64,000 nucleotides of DNA, taken from assembly GCA_026025075.1 (NCBI GenBank), contig JAPEUI010000091.1, forward strand, positions 1 to 64,000, in the 5' to 3' direction. Positions within the stretch are counted from its first letter, which is position 1, and each line of letters begins with the position of its first letter. Shown here piece by piece: positions 12,628 through 26,113 of this stretch. Both the position numbers and the translations under genes were made by a program. Origin of the DNA: Vezdaea acicularis. Taxonomy: Eukaryota. Under the pieces are notes generated by a model. That model was given only the letters and a program-made list of their open reading frames with translations. It made no database searches and was not told the origin of the DNA.

Positions 12628-15036
12628 CTACCAATAATGAGGTTCTGTGAAAAACCAGGGCCGCATATCGAGCCGAAATTCTTCAGCGGGCACCTGCATC
12701 GGAAAAGGAACATGTTTCTCAAACGCCGTTACATCTGGTGCTGAAGTTCGTTGGACCTTTGTAGAGGTTCCTTGCGTTGCCGTGTCCTCTGCTTCTAGAA
12801 TTGGTATCAGAACTCCGCATTCCCAATTGCGGCAATTAAGTTTCGGCGCTTTGGTCGCTGTATCCTTGACGAGGCGGCCCCTGCAGTAGAACGGGGGTTT
12901 ACGTTAGTGAGCTTTCACCAAGTCACGATTTGGGTTTGAATAATAATCGCTCTTCACACGGACACCACCGATCATGGGAGCAAGACTCACCAGGCGCTCT
13001 CTGACAGATTCGCACTTCCATGGTACGCCCACGCGCTGCATCCGTAACCGGGTATGGGCGATGACAGGATTTCTTGCGAACAGGCGAATAGCATCTACCA
13101 GTAACAAAGGTAAGCCAAAAGAACTGGTCAGGTGATTGCTCCTTTCGCACGGACCTTGTTATGCATCAACAGTCCACGCCTTCGACTCTTGCAATCTCGG
13201 AAGATATGCTTCGGGAATTTCGTGTTCATCCAGTAGTCAGACTTCAGACATATCGTGCCTCCTTGCTGTAAGGATTAAAGTTAGCTTCCGATCTATAAGA
13301 ATAGAAATGTTATGATTACCCCTGTCCCACCTCTACTGGCCTTCACTGTGTCTAGACTTGGAAAGTACGCACGAAAATGAGATCTCATTGACTCATGCAT
13401 GAACTGGACAACACGGTCACTATATTTAGTGCTACTGGGTATGCTTTTCGACTTTTTGGTCTTCGAAACCCTCTCACTGTATTCTAGAAGTGGATCTATA
13501 CCTGCAGGATGTTAGAAAGCGACGTAGACAGAATAGTGATGTAAACTACCATGCGCTGCAAGATAGATATTCAGAGGCAAGTCTGGATCGTTGCCGAGTG
13601 AGCCGACGGAAGAGGTCTACGCAAATAATCAGCCTTAAAGCGAGTTGTATTACTTCAGATTCATGGACATACGACGAAATCCACTTCAATAGGCCCTTTC
13701 GTTGCGAGCCCCATCTCTCGGACTGCGCGTCCAAGACCGCAATAGCCTGTGTACTTCCAGTTCTGACTACTATGAGAGCCACCTCTAGTCCTCGGGTCAG
13801 CTTTGTTGAATTAGATCTTACCTACTACCTACATCGTGTGTATAAACGCCAAATGCTTTGTTCGGTCGAAGTTGAAGTTCAAGACTCCGTCAATGACATC
13901 TTTATCAAGACCTAACGCATCCAAAAAACGCAATAATTCTTGACCAAAAAAAGTGAGGGTATCCCTGGTTTGTTTGTGCTCGTGTTCGGGTTTGCGGAGG
14001 AGATCGATCAGAAAGACTGACTATAAATTTCATTACTATGCTTAAGGAGACATATAATAGATCGACCTACATTCTCCAGGACTCCGGTTTCTCCCCAATC
14101 ATAAGGTGTAAGGTTAGCACTCGGAATAGCAATTCTCAGGTAGTGTTTGTGGAATAACAACTGAAGCTTTGAGTGCATGCAATTTATGTTTCCAGCCATT
14201 GAGGGAAAGCAGAGGCGGATGTTAGGTATATGCCGCGTATTAGACCTATAAAGTGCTTTCTTGAAGAAAGAAATCAGCCATCATGTTAGCTAGATGGGCC
14301 GCAGATGGATAGAATAACGTACCGTTGCCTCATCTTTGGCCTGTACGACGAATATCATCTTAGTACTCCCAAGATCTAGCTTCCGGAATAGCCAATCTAT
14401 GTCCCACTGGAAGGCGCTTAGGACAGCAATATTGAGATCGTTCTTTTGCAAAACCTCTTCGATTTTGATATCGTTTTCTCGTACGAAACCAAAGGCCCAA
14501 GTCTTCTTGAAGGCGCCATCTGGATAATCTAGTACAGCTTCAGACGCATGGGCAGCATCAAATCTCCCAACTCTGTCAACCATCCCTACCATCTCCACGC
14601 TCTCGGCTCTTTCAACTTTCTTTGAAGATTTCAATGTTCCAGGAGCTCTACGCAAAGGGGGAGGGGAAATTGAAAGACGCCGCTTCAGTCTTGCTAGGCG
14701 TTCCTCCTCCATTCCCTTACGGCTTACTCCCCCGAAGGCTTCCGTGAGTGAGCTCCTTATAGTCAACGCGTCAAGATCTGACGAGCCAACTGGCGCGACT
14801 TTGGAATTTGGGGGCTGCACACGATCAAGACTACCAGCCACAGGCAATCTTTCTGCGTTTCTGGCCTTCAGCACTTCCGGGGCTTCATCAGACGCAGTCT
14901 CCGAGTCCGTATCCCCAGATATATCGATCACTACTGGATCTTTACGCGTCTTCTGCACAGGCGGTAGAGACCCCTCGGCTTCTTCAAGGGAGAGAGCGAT
15001 AGCACGTTTAAGATCTTCATCATCTGAGTCAGCCAT
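12628..15036 (-). CDS. UIM-containing tyrosyl-DNA phosphodiesterase (TDP1-like, PLD superfamily), 9 exons: complement(join(12628..12880,12991..13094,13155..13265,13320..13501,13550..13616,13673..13784,13833..14020,14071..14259,14323..15036)), ~639 aa
   Basis: N-terminal UIM DEDLKRAIALSL. Two catalytic HxK motifs, CMHSKL and LLMHNK. Also SANLTPYDW, TSSVGSL, YFPSLDTV, GSANLSESAWG, RNWECGV. All eight introns are GT-AG and keep frame. Confidence 0.92.
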
Positions 15037-15758
15037 GATGATTTCCTTTCAAAGGACAACAGTAGGCAGTAAAGATGATGCAACCCAGGCAGCGAAAGGA
15101 AATTAGTTGAATTCAGGAAGTGGTGGTTCACAATCAAAGGTTTCAGTACCAGTGACGGCGTTGTTTGACGAAGGAAACGCCCTTGTCATCAAAGGCTCAT
15201 GCAATGGTCTCTGCACTGAGCCACGAGAACTGCCTGCGTACACCCAGATCCAAGCGGACAGGGTCAAATATCATGACCTGGATCACAGTATACACATCAT
15301 GAACACACAATCATACTTTGTACCCATGCGCGTCCAAACATGCGAAGCGAATGAGATGCTCTCTCCATAGTCTTGATATTACTTTTCCGTAGAACTTTTG
15401 GGAAGAACTATAACAAAATTCTTTCCATTTACCTCTGCCATCTAATCAAACCCTCCTGGTTTACCTCATAAATCTCATATAATGGTTGAGACTGAGGAAC
15501 AATTCCACTAAAATGCATGATAAATATGGATATCAGCTGTCCACTGACACTCGTGTTCTGCCCTTGCCTGAGCTACCTCCCTTCATGCCTTCTTGAGACC
15601 CAAAACGAGTAACTATGTTGCCGTCCGAGCAGCGACCCCTAAGCTCTCCGGCGTACATGGTCACGTTCAACAATCAAAAGTGTCTGTGACACGTTGTAGA
15701 CCGGAACCGGACAGCAAAATGAAGGCTTCGTTTCATATTCCATGCTTTGTCATCATAT

Positions 15759-16191
15759 AATCCACAAGCAAAATAATCACACAAGCACAAGCATCACCTT
15801 CAAATGCACCAAATAGCATATAATCTGGATCCCCAATCATTAATCACATCACAATGCAAATTTGACCCCTGCTGTCACAATATGACATTCTTAATAATCA
15901 GGAGACCAGAATGTGATTCATAATGCTATTACAGAAAATAAGATGGGTTAGAAAGTGAAGAATGGGAACGCACACTCAATATCAACACGGGATAAGGGGA
16001 AATGCTAGAATAAATGTTGGAATATTGGGGATAAAGTTCACATGGGCATCAGATATCTAGAGGATGGGTTGCAGTAGAGATCACCATCGTGCTGATGTTG
16101 TGGTGGTTGACGATCAGGGGTCCATGTTGTGTCCAATTTGGTGCATTTGGAGGAAGTGGTTTTGCTTGCGTAGTTATCCTGCTTGTGGATT
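15759..16191. mobile_element. Degenerate inverted repeat (arms 15759..15847 and 16103..16191); probable MITE or DNA-transposon relic in an AT-rich patch
   Basis: Ungapped hand alignment of the left arm to the reverse complement of the right arm: 66/89 identical, with perfect blocks AATCCACAAGCA and CAAATGCACCAAAT at equal spacing. No transposase ORF and no clear target-site duplication. Confidence 0.6.
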
Positions 16192-16473
16192 GCGTTATGG
16201 TCTCTGTTAAAAAGACTAGATTATTCGATGGCCAGTGTGATTAGTTCTCGACTTTGATAAGTGAAGATGAGAGCAAAGCCTTAAGATCAAACGACTCTTA
16301 TTATTGAGATCTACTACCTGTCACTCGCTTTAGTGCTCTCTACCCTGTCTCTTTTCTTGTCCATACCCCAAATAGTTTGAGCTTCGTGAAAGAGAGTTCG
16401 GAGCATCTTATAACCAACCAATGCCTGGATGCATATATTCTGTGGACGACATGGTTCAAACTGTGTCCCTCCG

Positions 16474-18192
16474 TCACTCTTTTGTTATGGATTCGTTCCA
16501 GGGATAGTCTGCATTGTCAACCTTTGTACAGGTCAAGTACTTGATGTCCGCCGCCTCTACGTCAAGCATCAGGTTGTTCTTCACCAGTTCCTCAACTTCC
16601 TTTCCCGCAGCCTCTTTAACCATCCTCAAGTCGTTCCCTACCTCTGCCCACGATCCATAATCACCACCTTTGAACCGATTCAACTTTCTCGATACGGTTT
16701 CAAACGGCAAGTAAGCGTCACCGCCTTTAGCAATGGCGCGGAAGTATGATCCATCATACTCGCGGTCCTGCTCCCGACGGTCGAGAAGCTTTTTGCACAG
16801 CCAGTCGCGGAACATTTGGACAACAAACCAGGTCTCGTACTCTTCAGAATCGCCAGTCCACTGGACGGGTTCCTTGCCGATGCGGACGGTGACCATCATG
16901 AGCTCAGTGTGAACTTTGTGACGCTTTGCCATCAATTCCCTTGACTTAGCAGCAATGAGGGAAAGGAGATTAGCTGACAGTTTGTCCGCTCGCGTCGGCC
17001 ATGTCCATTTCGGATAGCTGCCGACTGTATGAATTAGGGCTTCAGCGAAGATCACGGAAGACTGAAGAGTCACTGAGATCTTAAGCCAACGGGGGGGATC
17101 TTTAGAAATTGCTTTGAACAACTCGCCACGGTACTGGAAGAAGATATCGCTGAGATAAGGCCGAACCACTGGGAGGCTACCAAAGGATTCTGCTATCTGG
17201 ACGAGAAGCTCGCATTCAACCAGGCAAAAAGCGATGTCATCTGTGGTCAGAATGGGAGGCAGATTGTAAAATATAAGAAAAAGGTTATTGTACGCTTCTA
17301 CAATGCATTCTGTGACTGGTTCAAGGGGCTTTAAGGTACAGCCATCATTAGTACGATTCTCATTTCTTAAGAGGAGGCGTTGTAAAGAAGGATTGACTTG
17401 CAGTTCGAGTGTCTCGGCCTTGACGTCCTTTGGAATTCCGAACTCTCTTGCTGCTGACTGTGAGGCTTCTATGGAATCACCCGGAACAGCATCTGGAAGC
17501 CTTCCAGTAGTCGAGGGACTTTCCACTTTTAACTTCGCCGCCTGGCTGGCTTGGGAACGCGAGGCTCTGATCGTTTGCGGGTTGATCAACTTTTCTTCAC
17601 CATCGACGACAGGCTCTTCCTTTAATTGTAGCCTTTCATTAGGGGCATTGCAATTATCAGGCCTGGAACTGGACGCTCCTACTGGCGTGATATCGGGCCC
17701 GGTAAGATCGCTTATCATTCCCGGATTGACAGTTATAAGAGGCCTCGCAAGGTATAGAAGCTACATAGCAGAGTAAGCTTCGATCCTCAGGAATGTACTG
17801 TACACTACCCCAAATACCTGTTTTGTAAGCTTGCTATTACCAAGCGCGAAGGTCCCTTTAGGCTCTTGTTGCCTTTCTATATGCTCCAATTTGTAAAAGA
17901 ATTTGACATTAACTGGATGCTTGGACTGATATCTCAAACCTCGAATCACAGGCTGTTCAAGTTCAAGTTCTTTGGAAAACAATTTGGAGCATCTCTGCAG
18001 AACCATTTTGTGGAGCCGATACTGATACTTTGGATTGTCCTCTACAAGCTCTATTACGACGCTTCCTCTGGAGAAGTAAGGGAATGCGTCAGGCACTGCG
18101 CATGTTACGCTATGCGTAGGTTCTTCGGTCCTGGGACGTTTGTTGGCCATGCCTCTAAGGGGGCTTTCAGTCTTGATTCGCTTGTTGGACAT
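16474..18192 (-). CDS. Fungal protein of unknown function with a split BTB/POZ-like domain; complement(join(16474..17760,17818..18192))
   Basis: Exon 1 FSRGSVVIEL...YRLHKMVLQRCSKLF resembles a BTB start. Exon 2 has AYNNLFLIFYN...LVQIAESFGSLPVV...ISKDPPRWL...IFAEALIHTVG. A 57 nt GTATTT..TAG intron joins them in frame. Confidence 0.75.
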
Positions 18193-19309
18193 CGTGGAGT
18201 CTTTCGCAATTCAATCAAACTATAGGCCTTGGTGTTAGCGTATGTATAAATCTCTCTTTCTTAGCTCACGGTAACGCCGCACGTGGCTGAGATTTGCAGC
18301 AGATGTCCTAACCTTAGACCAAGTGCGAAATGCTCTCTAGTTCACCGTAACTATGCTTTGGGCTCGACTCGGAATGTAGAGGCGGTGGCTTGAAGCAGCA
18401 AAAAATTTCTTGCTAACTTAAAGCTGGGAGGTTGAAGGAAGGCTCCTGGGAGTGTGACAAGTGGAAATTTAGAACGGCTGGAGAGAAAGGGAAGGCTCGA
18501 ATAGAGGTTGGGAAGCAGAAGAGAAGATGTGTTCACTCCTTCAAAGCCAACCTGGTCAAATTGTTTGCCCTCTTGCTTATCATGCACACTGCAATTTCGA
18601 ACCATGTACCAGCTAAAGGTCTTTGGTGCGATTGTCAAGATTTACAGTTTAGGAAGTGGCCGTCCATTTGGTAGAATGCCGCTGGAGAAACGAGCGTGAA
18701 GTTGTGGAACACTGTGAGCCTACTTTGAGGTGACGTGAGGCGAGCAGCATTAATCGTAAAGTCGTTTAACACAATGCACTTTCTGTAGTAACATCCGCCC
18801 AGATAATGCTGGTCGAGGTAGTCGAGGGTAAAGCTATGAGGAAATCAAGGTGAGATGAGCAGCAATCAAGCATACCTTAGTCTCTCTTTCTTTATGAAGC
18901 TAATTCTATGTTGTCAACAAGTTCAAGTACGTGGAGTACAGCCCAGATTGTGTCTTTGTCGCATGTGGAGTCTGGACTGTGTAGAATGGTGAGCTCAGAA
19001 AGGGTTTGATTCTTCTAGCTGCTTTATAGAAATAGTCGCCACCCCCTGCTCGGCTGCACTAAATGATGAATCAAGTGAATAGATTACACTTATTTAGACC
19101 AGGCAGGCAATACTGTCCCAAATTTAATCATTTTCATTCGATGCCGTTTCATTATTTGCATCATGCATGAAACGGAGGGAAGGGGGTGTCATCTGTCAGG
19201 ATATACTAGAGGACGTTCCTTCTTCTTGACCTAACTCCTGTTAATGCGGCAACGCCAATAATGCTATGCACTGGTAAAATCAGACGCTAAGAATTATGCA
19301 GTTTAACGC

Positions 19310-20805
19310 TCAAAACCTATGGTATGCGTTAATTAAAGATCATGTAGTATGATTTAGACCTACAAACCTTATTTCGTAACTACCAGCTCTTGTCATGTAT
19401 CTCACCCATTTCACGCTGCTGTAATCACCCTTCTCGAAGACTTTGAGGTAGCGAACAAGTAGACCAGAACTTGTGAACATCAAAAGCGAGAAGCTTAGAT
19501 TCAGAGGTGGCCTACTCCAGGCCCTTTGATTTGTCATAGAGGTTAACTCTGCATCAGCTGACAGCACATACTCACTCTGTCCAGTAAACCTATTTATCTT
19601 CCAGACAATATTGTTATGCTCCGGTTCATACTTAGCTTTGCCTTGCGAGGTACCTTCTCTTATCCTTGCAGTGTTGAGTGGCGTAGGAATTCGAATGACT
19701 ACGTTTGTCGCAAAAAGTTTACTTCCATAATTGGCCTTGATCGCAATGCTGTACTCGACTTTTGTTTTCCCCACTTCGTTAACAATCGCATGAACCTTGA
19801 ATGGAAGATTGACATTCTCTGTTGCACGATACCGCATCAACTCGAATTCGCCATCAGGTGGAATGAAAGATATGATCCTGTCCGTATCGAATTTTCCAAG
19901 CTTGACACATTGATGGAACTGGCAGTCTTCTAATGTGACGCTGCCTGCTGCCGCTTTGGTTGCCTTTGTTCCAGCTCTATTACCAGAAGGTGCCGAAAGA
20001 CCGTCCCCGTCGAGTAATAAGCGGTCGTTAAGTCCGAATTTACATTCTGGCGTTCCTGTGAGATATGCCCGCATCATTATCTGTCCGTTGACATCGGCTC
20101 GAAGGACGTTTCCAGTTGAAGACATGAGTAAGTTGACGTCCTCTATAACATCTACAAATGCTTCATTCTTTCGGTACTTGATATTCTCCCGTCTCCAGGA
20201 AAGGGCACCAGTAGCTTGCATTGTTATACGCGAGGAATCCTCCTACATAGATGTTCTCAGTGACCCGATTCTAGTATAGGGTGTGAAGATATACAACATA
20301 CCGGTGTTCTTTCGGATTTCACTCCTTCTGTGGTAATATATTGCTTGAGGGTGTCTGTCTCGGTGTTTTGAGGGTACCCAAAGTCCAGGATCTCTACGAG
20401 TCGAAGCATCAGCATCAAGTACTGTACAAGGTCACAACATCTGGGCTTGTTTGGTCTTGCCAACATACCGTCAAGGAGCTCATATATGAGCACAAAATTG
20501 TTCTTTACAGCTTCTTCGTCAAACTTGGTGAAATAGCTCTTGCCAAGGCCGATGAGGCGGTACAAAAATTCAAAGACAAGAGCAGCATTGGCATTGCCCT
20601 TCGTTATTGCAACTATATAAATGTTTTCATGCTTGATATGGCTAAAGGTTGTGGAACCTAAGGTCAAGATTGGGGACCGGACTTGAGCATTGGAAATAAC
20701 TTGTATGCGGAAGACATCGGCAAGTCGAGGCCGGCAATCATTGCGGAAAGGTCTGAATATAAGGTTCTCGCCTTTCTGGTTGAATATCAGAATACCCGAA
20801 AGCAT
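19310..20805 (-). CDS. APM4: AP-2 adaptor complex subunit mu; complement(join(19310..19316,19368..20242,20302..20393,20469..20805))
   Basis: [93 protein letters not shown]. The last coding exon is 7 nt (G TTT TGA). Confidence 0.96.
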
Positions 20806-21082
20806 CTTGGTACTGCGTATTGAACTGCTGTCAGGAGATCCTTGGGATACAGTCTGCTTAAAGGCGTTTGAAGCTCGGTTACTGGAAGCGTTCATGGACT
20901 CTCGCAAGTCGCAACCCAAGCTACCACCCCTTAAGGTTATTTAACTCACTGGCAATCATGCAATCAGGCAATGTTTGGATATGATTTATGAATTTTCCTA
21001 GTTGTACAGTTTGGAAATAGGGAACAGTATTTCAATTGCATGAGAATCAGCAAATATTGACCAATCCTACCCCTACCAATGC

Positions 21083-22450
<1,368 letters not shown>

Positions 22451-22729
22451 CTTCACAGATTGCGGTTGTAATGAGCAAGCCGAGCAGAGGAATGGGCGAC
22501 TTGCGGAGGAGATGAAGTCTGGAAATGCCGCTTGCTTCGGCTCGCAGCTCCAAGAAAGCCGGGGATGTCCCGACAGGTTTTAGACGCTGCTAAGCACGGA
22601 GTCTCGATTGCCGATTATTTTTTGATATCATGACTGTTCCCCACCACCACCAAAGCATGTGCCTTAACAAGCGGCACCGCACCAGTCTCTTAAAGTATCA
22701 GCACGTTTCCTTCTTGATCTACTATAAAA

Positions 22730-24515
22730 ATGGCGACTACCACGGTAACTTTGTCTATGGAGGGCAAGAGGAGGAAACCCAAGAATCTAAGTCTACCACC
22801 CGAAAACGAGCGGTTCTTGCGAGCTTGTGCGGACATAGCCAGCGCTTTGATACAAGATCATGAAGCTCAAAGTGACGACCAAAAGCCTAGAAGGGATATC
22901 AATCTTAATAGCTTGCGAAGCCAAATCTCGAAGAAGCACAGTCTGAGCAACATCCCGCCATTGACCGCCATAATCGCCGCAGTTCCCGAGCACTACAAGA
23001 AATATATTCTACATAAGCTAGTCGCAAAACCTATACGTATGAATTTTGCTATCCCGGAAAAGGGAGACTAATGCTAATTTTACAGGGACTTCATCTGGAA
23101 TTGCGGTAGTAGCGGTCATGTGCAAGCCGCATCGATGCCCACACATTGCTTATACCGGGAACATATGCGTTTACTGTCCAGGTGGGCCAGATTCGGACTT
23201 TGAATATTCGACCCAATCATACACTGGCTATGAACCAACATCTATGCGAGCCATAAGGGCCCGTTACGATCCGTACGAGCAAGCGCGAGGTCGTGTTGAG
23301 CAGATCAGAGCTCTGGGTCATAGCGTAGACAAAGTGGAGTATATTATCATGGGGGGAACATTCATGTCATTACCAGAAAGCTATCGCGACGAATTCATTT
23401 CCCAGCTACACAATGCACTATCTGGATATTCGGGTACAAATGTCGACGAGTGCGTAGAGGCGGGTGAGATGAGTAATATAAAGTGCGTTGGCATCACTAT
23501 CGAGACACGTCCAGATTATTGCTTGGACACGCATCTTAGCGCTATGCTGCGATATGGCTGTACTCGATTGGAGGTCGGAGTTCAGTCCCTTTACGAAGAT
23601 GTTGCACGAGACACCAATCGCGGCCATACAGTTGCGGCAGTAGCAGAAACATTTAAGCTTGCGAAAGACGCTGGATTCAAGGTTGTCAGCCACATGATGC
23701 CCGATCTGCCAAACGTTGGGATGGAGCGAGATCTCGATCAGTTTAGAGAATACTTCGAGAACCCAGATTTTCGGACAGACGGGTTGAAAATCTATCCAAC
23801 TCTTGTGATCCGTGGTACTGGCTTGTACGAGCTATGGCGGACGGGTAGATATAAGAACTACACCCCAAACGCGTTGATAGACCTTGTTGCTCGGATCTTA
23901 GCGCTTGTTCCACCTTGGACTCGAATATACAGAGTCCAGCGCGATATTCCAATGCCCTTGGTAACCTCCGGCGTAGAGAATGGTAATCTCAGGGAGCTAG
24001 CACTGAGTCGGATGAAGGACTTCGGTACTACTTGTCGTGATGTAAGAACGCGTGAAGTTGGCATCAACGAAGTTAAGAATAAGATCCGGCCCTCGCAGGT
24101 GGAGCTGGTTCGACGCGACTACACAGCCAACGGCGGATGGGAGACTTTCCTTGCCTATGAGGACCCGAAGCAAGATATTCTTATTGCCCTGCTGCGTCTG
24201 CGGAAGTGCTCCAGCACGCACACCTTCCGGAAGGAGCTTATAGGGCAGCAGACAAGCATAGTAAGAGAGTTACATGTCTATGGCTCAGCTGTGCCAGTAC
24301 ATGCCAGGGATCCAAGGAAGTTCCAGCATCAGGGCTTTGGCACGCTTCTGATGGAAGAAGCGGAGCGAATTGCAATGAATGAACATGGGAGTGCGAAGAT
24401 CAGCGTTATCTCCGGAGTGGGCGTGAGGAGTTATTATGCTAAGCTGGGGTATACTTTGGATGGGCCGTATATGAGCAAAATGCTGGAGCCGGTAGATGGA
24501 ACTGAATCAGATTAG
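22730..24515 (+). CDS. ELP3: Elongator complex subunit 3 (radical SAM + GNAT); join(22730..23036,23086..24515)
   Basis: [23 protein letters not shown]...[44 protein letters not shown]. Confidence 0.97.
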
Positions 24516-24843
24516 AGGGTGGTACATATGGTTTATCTGGGCGTGGCGTTGCTTTAGGCATCTTGCATTGGCGGTCAGCGTCTGCATTTATAGGTGGGCA
24601 TCTAGGCCAAGGACTGTGGCTCTGCATCCATGTTAACCGCGAGAAGAATATGGTAATCCATGATCTCAACGTGAAAAACTTCATATAATGTTTAAATAGC
24701 ACCGACTCCATATTATGCACTCATCCCTGACAAATCGTGACTCCTAGAGCGCCTATCACCATTGATAACCTTATTTACGTACAGCGTTGTGGATCTCAAC
24801 GTAGACGATCCAGTTCAAAGCCACTCCCCGTGCCCCTTGATTG

Positions 24844-25265
24844 CTATGACAGCGTTATCGCACCCTTCCTGCTCTGCCGGGCATTTAGCCACACCTGTGA
24901 GGCGCAAAAGACCAAGAAGACGACGTAGACGAGCACGGCGGTAAACACGGTGGCGGCCACGGCTGTGCCATCTTTCGGGTCATCATTCTTGGCCATCATG
25001 CTATGGTGTTTGTTCTACGTGCACAAAAAGGGTCAATTAGGGTTAATGCCGGAGTTGAAGAGCGCGAGTGCGAGGGATGAGGGAATAGCTATTGTGATAT
25101 CCTGTTAGAGCTACTGACTTTGAAGAGACCGCCTATGGTAGAGAGGATTACTATCGCAAATAGCGATACAACTATGCTATGACCAGTAAGCTCCCCGTCA
25201 GATGATTGCTAGATGGATAGAGCTTACCAATGCCAGGCATTGAGGGCGGATACGACAGGCTTCAT
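24844..25265 (-). CDS. V-ATPase V0 subunit f (RNase kappa / yeast YPR170W-B family), 88 aa; complement(join(24844..25014,25119..25176,25228..25265))
   Basis: Spliced product MKPVVSALNAWHCIVVSLFAIVILSTIGGLFKNKHHSMMAKNDDPKDGTAVAATVFTAVLVYVVFLVFCASQVWLNARQSRKGAITLS. It has two TM helices and the MxPVVS...AW.C, DP.DG.AVA.TV and VY..F.VFC..Q pattern of this family. Introns GTAAGC..TAG and GTCAGT..CTAAT..TAG. Confidence 0.9.
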
Positions 25266-26113
25266 TGTGGCGTCCGGATGAGCGATGGGAGATGTATTAG
25301 CAGGCGAACGCTAGCTTTTTGAATCAACGTTGAACAAGTCGTTAGGCCCTAGTGCCTTCTAGAAACGCGCGCGGAATGGTATATGATGCTTCAAGGTGAG
25401 ATGTAACTTAGATGACGAGTGATGTGCTGTTGGATACGAACTGGAAGTCTTGCCGAGTCTCGTGCCGCTTTAGGTATATGTTGAACCCACCAATGTCACC
25501 ACCTTGTTCCAATTGAATGCCCGGCCGATCAACTGCATGGAGTTGATACAAAAGTAGCGAAATCGCTAGAATTGCTATTAGAGCTGAATTTACTAGTTAG
25601 ATTGCTTCAGATACATTTGGAGTATTGGATTCAAACTTCAAATCCGAGATCGTTGGGGTTTTTATGGGTCTTTCAGGGCCAAGGGCATGCAGAGAACGCT
25701 TGCTAACATAAAAAAGCCATGGTGCCCAGAGTATTACGCAACACCAAAAGGCCTAGATCACGTATAACCTTAATCATACGCGTGACTACAGCTTTTCGTG
25801 TTGCGTTCACGTGCTTATCAGGACCATCTCGGGGGGCCGGAGGCAACGCAACACGGATGCCCCTTCAACTCACCCCCTGACTAGGCCTAGTGCCAACTTC
25901 TGCAGAGCTAGCAAGACTTGATTCGATATTCAACTCGACTTCTGAAGAGTAATATATAAGCTAGAATAGCAGCTATAGGTGCTGAGTGTACAGCTAACTC
26001 TAGATGAGTTACTAAGCCTATGTCACTACCTCCGTACCCAGGTGCAAACAGCCTGAACACCACCGCTCAACGCAAAAATAATAATCAAGTTTCTCCAGAG
26101 GTTCCATATGAAA

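Noticed and set aside
25035..25045. TTAGGGTTA, resembling a telomere repeat or telomerase template
   Set aside because: A single 1.5-repeat copy that overlaps the CTAAT branch point of the subunit f intron.
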